Source: Chitinophagales bacterium
Lineage (GTDB): Bacteria > Bacteroidota > Bacteroidia > Chitinophagales > BACL12
DNA length: 64,000 nucleotides
Reading direction: 5' to 3'
Assembly (NCBI GenBank): GCA_020636645.1
Contig: JACJXO010000002.1
Span: 106,465 to 170,464, forward strand
Below the pieces are notes generated by a model that did not search any database, had not been told where the DNA came from, and saw nothing but the letters and a program-made list of their open reading frames with translations. Shown piece after piece: positions 9,465 through 16,385 of this stretch (the first letter of the stretch is position 1; each line of letters opens with the position of its first letter). Both the position numbers and the translations under genes were made by a program.

Positions 9465-11924
9465 ATGAAACGTATTATTCAACTCGTGGTTATCGCACTG
9501 CTGATGTCTTCGGCAGCGATGGCCCAAACCTACAATATCACCTTCCGGGTGGATATGAATGAAGTAGGTGATGCTTTCACCACACCGGAGGTGAACGGCA
9601 CCTTCAATGGCTGGTGCGGTGGCTGTGCGCCAATGTCTGACGGCGATGGCGACGGTATCTGGGAACTCACCATTCCACTCGCAGCCGGATTTTATGAATA
9701 CAAATTTGCTTATGATTCCTGGGCAGGCTCTGAGTCTCTGATCCCGGGTAGTTCCTGTACCATCACCACAGGTGAATTCACCAACCGTGCACTGGACGTA
9801 ACCGGCGATGCTACCCTCGATGCGGTTTGCTGGGGAAGCTGCCTGAGCTGTTCAGATATCATCACTTATGCGGTAACTTTTTCAGTAGATATGAACGAAG
9901 TGGCCGGCCCTTTCACTACACCTGAAGTGAACGGTAGCTGGGACGGATGGTGCGGTGGTTGTACCCCGCTGTCTGATCCTGATGGCGACGGTATCTGGTC
10001 CACTACCAAAATGCTGGAACCCGGTTACTATGAATATAAGTTTGCATACGACAGCTGGTCTGGTGATGAGTCTCTGACCCCCGGCGATCCTTGTACAGTT
10101 ACTACAGACATTTTCACCAACAGATTCATCAACGTGTCTGATGATGCAGATCTGGGCGTGGTATGCTGGGCCAGCTGTGAGGCTTGTGAAACCATTGGCC
10201 TCGAACAAATGGACCTTCCTGTAACATTCGAAGATGCTGGTGTAGATTACGGTGTCATCGGATTTGAAGGCGCTGAAGCTTCTTCCATTGTAACCGATCC
10301 TACCGATGCTTCCAACACAGTCGTGCAGGTCATCAAATCTGCTTCCGCTATGCCCTGGGCAGGTACTACCGTAACCAATGCCGCTGAAGAAGGATTCGCT
10401 ACACCGATTCCTTTTACCGCAGAAAATACACAGATGACCGTTCGGGTCTGGAGTCCCGATGCAGGTATTCAGGTACGTCTGAAAGTGGAAGATCACCTGG
10501 ATCCTACCCACTCTGTAGAGACCGAAGCAACCAGCACCGTTGCCGGCGACTGGGAAACGCTGACCTTTAACTTCAGCAATGAAGCTCCCGGTACAGCAGA
10601 ACTCAACCTGGCTTATACTTTTGACAAGGCTTCCATCTTCTTCAACTTTGGCGTAGATGGAGCTACTGCAGGTGAAAAGACCTACTATTTTGATGACATC
10701 TATTTTGCAGAAGGCGGTGGCGCTTCTTCCTATACTGTTACTTTCTGGGTGGATATGAATGAGGTGCTGGCACCTTTTACCACTCCTGAAGTGAACGGCA
10801 GCTGGGATGGCTGGTGTGGTGGTTGTACCCCGATGGAAGATCCTGACGGCGACAATATCTGGACCGCTACCAAGGTGCTGGATGCAGGTTATTATGAGTA
10901 CAAGTTTGCCTATGACAGCTGGACAGGAAGTGAAACCCTGACTCCCGGCGATCCCTGTACCGTGACCACCGATATCTTTACCAACCGGTTTATCAATGTG
11001 TCAGAAGATACCGAACTGGGCGTGGTTTGCTGGGAAAGCTGCGAAGCCTGTACCGGAGAAGAACCGGTCATGATCACCTTCTCTGTGAACATGAATACAG
11101 TGGCAGATCCTTTCACTACACCTGAAGTGAACGGCAGCTGGGATGGCTGGTGCGGCGGTTGTACCCCGATGGAAGATCCTGATGGCGACGGTATCTGGAC
11201 CGCAACCAAAATGCTTTCTCCCGGTTACTACGAATACAAGTTTGCTTATGACAGCTGGACAGGACAGGAAAACCTGACCCCCGGCGATCCCTGTACTGTG
11301 ACCACAGATATCTTCACCAACCGCTTCATTGATGCAGTTGCTGATGAAGTGCTGCCAGTGGTTTGCTGGGAAAGCTGTGAGAACTGTGCAGAAGATTGTA
11401 ACGCACCGGTTGATGTAGTGGTAACAGATATCACCTCTTCAGGGGCTACCATTTCCTGGACCGGAACATCCGGTGCTGATCAGTACCTGATCACCCTGGC
11501 TGATTTTGCAGCTGGTACCAGCGGTAAACAACGCACAGGTCCTGCAACTACCTTTGTAATAGAGGATATGCTGGCTCCTTCCACTGAATATTCTATTCGT
11601 ATCAAATCTATCTGCTACGACCTCGGTTTGCGTTCAGAACCTTCAGAAACCGTGTATTTCACCACCGCACCTATGCGTTCAGGTGGCGAATTTCACTCTG
11701 CAGTGTATCCGAACCCTACTGCTGGAAATCTGCAGGTACAAACCAACCTCAGCGGCACTGTCATGCTGACCGTAACAGGAATGACCGGTCAGTTGCTGAT
11801 GAGCACCATTATCGAAGCCGGTAGCACTTCTCTTGATCTGAGCATGTTTGCAGATGGTCTGTATATGATCCGTCTGGATAACGGACAGTCTTCAGAGATC
11901 TTTACCGTTTCACTGAACAGATAA
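9465..11924 (+). CDS. T9SS cargo: 2 modules + distinct CBM-like domain + 2 modules + FN3-like + CTD
   Basis: 819 aa with the signal peptide ...SSAAMAQ. It has four copies of the WCGGC module. An inserted domain spans aa 245-416 (LPVTFEDAGVDYGVIGFEGA...YYFDDIYFAE). The CTD reads YPNPTAGNLQV.... Confidence 0.85.
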   Translation: MKRIIQLVVIALLMSSAAMAQTYNITFRVDMNEVGDAFTTPEVNGTFNGWCGGCAPMSDGDGDGIWELTIPLAAGFYEYKFAYDSWAGSESLIPGSSCTITTGEFTNRALDVTGDATLDAVCWGSCLSCSDIITYAVTFSVDMNEVAGPFTTPEVNGSWDGWCGGCTPLSDPDGDGIWSTTKMLEPGYYEYKFAYDSWSGDESLTPGDPCTVTTDIFTNRFINVSDDADLGVVCWASCEACETIGLEQMDLPVTFEDAGVDYGVIGFEGAEASSIVTDPTDASNTVVQVIKSASAMPWAGTTVTNAAEEGFATPIPFTAENTQMTVRVWSPDAGIQVRLKVEDHLDPTHSVETEATSTVAGDWETLTFNFSNEAPGTAELNLAYTFDKASIFFNFGVDGATAGEKTYYFDDIYFAEGGGASSYTVTFWVDMNEVLAPFTTPEVNGSWDGWCGGCTPMEDPDGDNIWTATKVLDAGYYEYKFAYDSWTGSETLTPGDPCTVTTDIFTNRFINVSEDTELGVVCWESCEACTGEEPVMITFSVNMNTVADPFTTPEVNGSWDGWCGGCTPMEDPDGDGIWTATKMLSPGYYEYKFAYDSWTGQENLTPGDPCTVTTDIFTNRFIDAVADEVLPVVCWESCENCAEDCNAPVDVVVTDITSSGATISWTGTSGADQYLITLADFAAGTSGKQRTGPATTFVIEDMLAPSTEYSIRIKSICYDLGLRSEPSETVYFTTAPMRSGGEFHSAVYPNPTAGNLQVQTNLSGTVMLTVTGMTGQLLMSTIIEAGSTSLDLSMFADGLYMIRLDNGQSSEIFTVSLNR

Positions 11925-11926
11925 GT

Positions 11927-11959
11927 AAATTCGGGGGTGCCTGACACCCCCGAATTTTT
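11927..11959 (+). terminator. Rho-independent terminator TTCGGGGGTG-CCTGA-CACCCCCGAA + TTTTT
   Basis: A 10-bp GC-rich stem is followed by a T5 run right after the stop at 11924. Confidence 0.65.
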
Positions 11960-11971
11960 AAACACATATAT

Positions 11972-12961
11972 ATGAGAAAACTTAAAACATTATTTCTGGC
12001 AGGTCTGTGTTCTGTTGGCATATTGTCAGCACAGACCTATGATGTGCTCTTCATTGTTGATATGAATGAAGTAGCAGATCCGTTCACCACACCTGAAGTG
12101 AATGGCACTTTCAACGTCTGGTGTGGAGGTTGTGCTCCTATGAGTGATGATAACGGAGACAATATCTGGGAACTGACCATCCCCCTGGATGCAGGTACAT
12201 ATGAATATAAATTCGCCTATGACACCTGGACCGGACAGGAATCACTTACACCCGGTGATGAGTGCACCCTGACCACAGATATCTTCACCAACCGATTGCT
12301 GGTTGTGTCTGAAGACATGGAACTGGATACTGTTTGCTGGGGAAGCTGCGATGCTTGTGAAGATGTACTGCCCTCCTATACGGTTACCTTCAGAGTAGAT
12401 ATGAGTCAGGTAACTGATACCTATACGACACCTGAGGTAAACGGAACATTCAATGACTGGTGCGGTGGTTGTGCTCCTATGGCAGACGATGATGCTGATG
12501 ATATATGGGTGCTGGATATCGTGCTGGAGCAAGGCTCCTATGAGTACAAGTTTGCCTATGATGCATGGACAGGTCAGGAAGAACTGACTGAAGGCGATGC
12601 CTGTACCATCACTACCGATGCATTCACGAACAGGGCGCTTGACGTCAGTTCTGATACGGTACTCACAGCGGTTTGCTGGGGATCATGCGATGAATGTGTG
12701 ACAATACCTGAGGCCATTGAAAATGTTACGTCAAACTTGTCTGTATTTCCTAACCCGGCCAGTGAACAGATATTCATTAGTGGTTTGCCTGCTTCCGGAA
12801 TTGTTCAGCTGTTTAACAGTCTGGGTCAGCCGGTCCGTTCAGAGCAAATTACATCAGTATCTGGCAGTATTTCTGTTGTAGGACTTTCCGCCGGGGTCTA
12901 CACCATACAGGTGCAGGATCAGGACGGTCAAATACAGAGCAGCATTATATTGATACGGTAA
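11972..12961 (+). CDS. T9SS cargo: 2 Cys-rich modules + Por_Secre_tail CTD
   Basis: 329 aa with the signal peptide ...GILSAQ. It has two B-type modules (GTFN.WCGGCAPM). The CTD reads FPNPASEQIFI...VYTIQV. Confidence 0.85.
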   Translation: MRKLKTLFLAGLCSVGILSAQTYDVLFIVDMNEVADPFTTPEVNGTFNVWCGGCAPMSDDNGDNIWELTIPLDAGTYEYKFAYDTWTGQESLTPGDECTLTTDIFTNRLLVVSEDMELDTVCWGSCDACEDVLPSYTVTFRVDMSQVTDTYTTPEVNGTFNDWCGGCAPMADDDADDIWVLDIVLEQGSYEYKFAYDAWTGQEELTEGDACTITTDAFTNRALDVSSDTVLTAVCWGSCDECVTIPEAIENVTSNLSVFPNPASEQIFISGLPASGIVQLFNSLGQPVRSEQITSVSGSISVVGLSAGVYTIQVQDQDGQIQSSIILIR

Positions 12962-12980
12962 TAACGTTCAGTTTGTTTGA

Positions 12981-13008
12981 AAGACGGCCGGAAGGCCGTC
13001 TTTGTTTG
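12981..13008 (+). terminator. Terminator hairpin AAGACGGCC-GGAA-GGCCGTCTT + T-rich tail
   Basis: A 9-bp stem with a GGAA tetraloop is followed by TGTTTGG after the stop at 12961. Confidence 0.6.
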
Positions 13009-13353
13009 GCGACTATATACCTAATGGGAACAGCTTTGTAAGGCGTTAATATACAGCAATTTACACAGGTAATTAGCTGACCTGATTAGGTTTGTCTAAG
13101 AAATTTTTGAGAATAGCCTAAGTAATTTGTTCGGCTAAGACTGAATTTGAGGCGATTTCAGTTAATGGGGGTTAACTGATTGCGAGCTGTGAAACAATAG
13201 TTAACAAGTTCTAAATACAATTATTCTTGCATTATTGAAACAATCTAGTTTATTTGCAGTTAACTTTGTAAAACTAAGTGGACTTGGGGTCACTCTAAAA
13301 CTGCCTTAAGTGGACCGCATGGAATTAATGGAAGAATTTATTGAGGGGCGAAG

Positions 13354-13425
13354 ACCGCATGGTGAGAATCGAACCCACATCTCCAGATTAGCAGTCTGGT
13401 GTTCTATCCGTTGAACTACATGCAG
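13354..13425 (-). tRNA. tRNA, class I (4-nt variable region), anticodon GCU by manual fold; isotype uncertain or atypical
   Basis: Manual cloverleaf. The acceptor stem is CTGCATG/CATGCGG. The D arm is GTTC-AACGGATA-GAAC. The anticodon arm is CCAGA-CTGCTAA-TCTGG. The variable region is AGAT. The T arm is GTGGG-TTCGATT-CTCAC. The discriminator is T and no CCA is encoded. Confidence 0.7.
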
Positions 13426-13862
13426 AATAGAAAGTAGGGGGGTCTAAATGATCCCCTTTTTTTCACCCCTTGCTTGTTGGGTGATCCATCTATTCAAATC
13501 TTCGCCTCATCTTAAGGCACACAAATTTATCGAATTTTTTGTACCTAATCTCTTAAGATGTTTGTTGGAGGGCCCAATTTAAGTCGTGTTAATTCTTCAC
13601 CAAATTCAACTTATTTATGATATTCTGGGGCTTCATACTGCTCCCTCCTGCCTACGGCTGCGCTGACTATGATGTAGTCTTTGCCCACTTCTAAGGCCTT
13701 GACGGTGCGCTCTCCCTTTTCCGGATGGTGTAGGCGTACTTCTGTGAGTTCTGGGTGCGGGGTGTTAAAGGCAGCGTCTATGACCTGCTCAAAGTCTCCG
13801 TGGATCTTCAGCTTCTTTTTCGTATTTCTTTGGTCGTTCTGCCATTATCTCCAACACTTGAT

Positions 13863-14525
13863 TTATTCAATGTATACCCATGATGGAGGGATTTCATAGC
13901 TAATTTCATCATTTCCAATAATATTATCCATAATGGAACTGCGAAACTTACCCTCGTTATTCTCCAAACGTTTAGCTTTTTTCCGAACAAATCGATTCAG
14001 ATCAAAACTGTTTCTTCTAGGTGGGAAAAAAATTTTTATTCTTTTATTAGGATAGTTTCTCCTTATAAACTCTAACGGTGGTACTAGGTCACTATCTGCA
14101 GAAATTAGTACAATTAAATCAACATTGTCGAAAACACAGTCTTCAATTAGATTAACTGAAATATTAACATCAGTTCTTTTTTCCTCTCTTAAATCAAACT
14201 CCTGGTGGCAACCTCCAATAGCATTACATTTAACCGTCTTAGTATAATACTTACCGTAAATCACCCTCAATAAATCGTTATTGACAAATCTGTTCGCATT
14301 AAAGAATGTTGTTTGCCTACTTGCTTTATTTGGATCAAGGGGCATGGCTGTGAAGTATTTCACACATACTAATTCATGAATATTTGGATCTAGAAATGAT
14401 CTACAAAACCCCACTAAATCAATCCAATAGTACTGCTGCCAACGGGCATGTATTTTCGCCTTGGCTGTCCTTAAGCCATAGTAAAAATTGAATCCGTCAA
14501 TATAGAATATAGTTCTTAGTTGCAT
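13863..14525 (-). CDS. NYN-domain (PIN-like nuclease fold, LabA-like) protein
   Basis: 220 aa. The N-terminus IFYIDGFNFYYG and the later VLISADSDLVPPLE acidic cluster are characteristic of NYN domains. The gene is AT-rich. Confidence 0.65.
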   Translation of the reverse strand: MQLRTIFYIDGFNFYYGLRTAKAKIHARWQQYYWIDLVGFCRSFLDPNIHELVCVKYFTAMPLDPNKASRQTTFFNANRFVNNDLLRVIYGKYYTKTVKCNAIGGCHQEFDLREEKRTDVNISVNLIEDCVFDNVDLIVLISADSDLVPPLEFIRRNYPNKRIKIFFPPRRNSFDLNRFVRKKAKRLENNEGKFRSSIMDNIIGNDEISYEIPPSWVYIE

Positions 14526-14551
14526 AAAAAAACCGCCTGTATGTCGGCGGC
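14526..14551 (-). terminator. Minus-strand terminator (CCGCC-loop-GGCGG followed by T7 on the minus strand)
   Basis: The plus strand reads AAAAAAA-CCGCC-TGTATGT-CGGCGG. It lies downstream of the transposase remnant and abuts the NYN start codon. Confidence 0.5.
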
Positions 14552-14666
14552 AAACTAACCGAGTTACCAGTTAGCGAGGTTATACTGCAAATCTAACGTC
14601 CAACTAGACAAAAACGCAAAAATTTAACACTTATTTTCATACTATTTGCATTTAACTTGCTAATTA

Positions 14667-15485
14667 TCAAGTAATTAAATCAATATTTCTGAGCCGGGCA
14701 TTGCCTACTCTCTCCAATACCTTGTCGAAGCGTTCGGTATCTGTGGCATTGCGGGTGTTGTACCTATATTCAAATTCATGGCAGTACTTCTGCAGGTGCT
14801 TCGGGCTGACATAATGGTAGATGCCAATAATACCCCTCTTCAACAGGCTGAACGCCCCCTCTATGGTGTTGATATGGACATTACCCCTGACATACTCTCC
14901 CCGACCATGTGCTACGCTGTCCACAAGATAGAGCCTGTGCGATGGCCGATAACCACTGTATTCGTCAGTATGTAGAATAGCCCCTGGCTTGACGTTGGCG
15001 AGGACAAACTCTCTCATATTCTTGGCCAATGCACGTTCTACCTGTAAATACCTGATCTCTCCCTTTCTCTCCAATGCACCCAATACATGCGTTTTCTTGT
15101 TCACCCATTTAGGGCCGTCAGTGTTCGGGTATTCTTTCGGAACTTGCCGTGCTTGTTGCTTTCTTTTCCTCCTATATAGGTTTCATCTAATTCCACGTCT
15201 TCGGTCAGGAGTTCGGCTGCATTTGTTCCTAACATAGTCCTGATGCGGTGCAGAATGAACCAAGCTGTTTTCTGAGTTACTCCCAGGTCACAGCTTAGCT
15301 GCAAACTGCTGATACCCGTCTAAGCCCCTGTCCTTAAACCTTGTCTTGGTCCGGTAATAGTGTTCACTCCCGCAATGCGGACACTCTGGCTTGCCATTCC
15401 ATCGCTTCAGCTCCAAATACTCAAAACAAACCCGCTCATTGTGGAAGTGCTTTTGTAGCTGTAATAATGTCTTAAATTTAGTCAT
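14667..15485 (-). pseudogene. IS1595-family (ISXO2-like) transposase, disrupted: three frame fragments plus an internal deletion
   Basis: Fragment 1 carries the zinc ribbon CPHCGSEHYY. Fragment 2 reads (GISSLQ)LSCDLGVTQKTAWFILHRIR...DETYIGGK. Fragment 3 is the DDE domain ...ILHTDEYSGY...NTIEGAFSLLKRGI.... The fragments sit in three different frames. The segment between the zinc ribbon and the HTH is missing. Confidence 0.8.
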
Positions 15486-15539
15486 GGCTCAGGCTTTTAG
15501 TCACAAATAAATCTATTCCCAATAAATACCTAAATTACA

Positions 15540-16052
15540 ATGAATGATTTTTACCACTTCATGAGTAGTGGCCATCCAAATGCAGTGCAAATCAATAGAA
15601 TAATTGACTCTATCAGGGGTCGCTACATTAGTATTTTCACAATACTTGAAGGATCAATTGATAGAGTAATTGCAGGGTATTATGCTCCAACAAAAACAAA
15701 AAGAGATCATCTTTTGACAAACCTTCTCGGACACCGATTCTGTTCCTTTGAATTAAAGTCATCTGTTCTAACAGAAATCCTTAAAGACTCAGGAATTGAA
15801 GGATATAAAGCCAAGCTGTCTGGTTTAGCTCAATTAAGAAATGCCCTTGCACATAGACCTATATATGCAATAGGGGAATTTACAGAAGACCCGAACGAAC
15901 TATTTTACTATATACCATCATATCAAATGAATTACGAACACAATTTAAGGTTAGAGTCAATCAAGTATGAGCTAACTGAAGAAAACTTTAATGAGTATAG
16001 CGAGAAAACATTAGAAATAGCAAAAATGCTAGACCAGTTTGTTTCCAAATAA
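15540..16052 (+). CDS. Hypothetical protein with a HEPN-type Rx4H motif (LAQLRNALAHRP)
   Basis: 170 aa, predicted all-helical and AT-rich. The RNxxAH signature fits HEPN/Abi-like RNase domains. No partner MNT gene was seen. Confidence 0.4.
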   Translation: MNDFYHFMSSGHPNAVQINRIIDSIRGRYISIFTILEGSIDRVIAGYYAPTKTKRDHLLTNLLGHRFCSFELKSSVLTEILKDSGIEGYKAKLSGLAQLRNALAHRPIYAIGEFTEDPNELFYYIPSYQMNYEHNLRLESIKYELTEENFNEYSEKTLEIAKMLDQFVSK

Positions 16053-16385
16053 AAAACGGTATCACCTTGCCGCCTTTGGATTTGGTAATACCGTCTCGCT
16101 GAAAGCTGAATATGCCTATTCCCTTTCAACTCCCCCACAGAGAAAACCTTCTGATAGCCCCCCTGTTCAGAACGAGGACAACAAATGTACCCATTATGTA
16201 TATAGTTAATAAATTATTAGGTGTTCTTCAAATATTTCTTAGATAGACTTAATCTGTTACGGTTGCAACCTCCGAGCATGCTGTATATAAATATCTTGTA
16301 AGGCTATTCCCAATAATGATATAGGTTCGTAAAAGAGAAGAATAAAATTAATATAGTATATTCGCAAAATCTAAATACAGTATAT

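Larger units (their letters stand above)
7881..12700 (+). repeat. Nine dispersed/tandem copies of a ~336-nt coding module across three genes
   Basis: The block VDMNEV..PFTTPEVNG..(D/N)GWCGGC..P..D.DGDGIW...G.YEYKFAYDSW...VCW.SC..C recurs 3+4+2 times. Nucleotide similarity between copies is visible. Confidence 0.85.

Noticed and set aside
8399-11452. Recurrent minus-strand ORFs inside the module array (8399-8914, 9882-10511, 10910-11209, 11246-11452) that share strings such as SQLSQ..TT
   Set aside because: Their similarity only mirrors the repeated plus-strand modules. The plus frame has signal peptides, conserved Cys patterns and CTDs.
13436-13463. Plus-strand terminator-like hairpin AGGGGG-loop-TCCCCT followed by T7, just beyond the 5' end of the tRNA
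   Set aside because: No plus-strand gene ends here, since the upstream plus-strand operon already terminates at 12981-13008. The orientation is wrong for the minus-strand tRNA and NYN genes. The stem is short (5-6 bp) with a 10-nt loop.
13611-13845. Small minus-strand coding remnant downstream of the NYN gene: MAERPKKYEKEAEDPRRL-stop, then in the +1 frame KIHGDFEQVIDAAFNTPHPELTEVRLHHPEKGERTVKALEVGKDYIIVSAAVGRREQYEAPEYHK
   Set aside because: It needs a frameshift to make one ORF of about 84 aa, and the second frame has no ATG. It has no recognisable family. It is probably a pseudogene fragment, so it is not listed as a feature, though it is mentioned in the island finding.
14683-15500. Searched for terminal inverted repeats of the IS1595 remnant (CTGAGCC at 14689-14695 against GGCTCAG at 15486-15492)
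   Set aside because: Only 7 nt match. The match does not extend, and one arm lies inside the transposase ORF. The element boundaries therefore remain undefined.
13033-16310. Possible inverted repeat bounding the tRNA-NYN-IS-HEPN block (TTGTAAGGC...ATATACAGC against GCTGTATAT...CTTGTAAGGC)
   Set aside because: The matches are only 8-9 nt in AT-rich DNA and their internal order is rearranged, which is within chance expectation.
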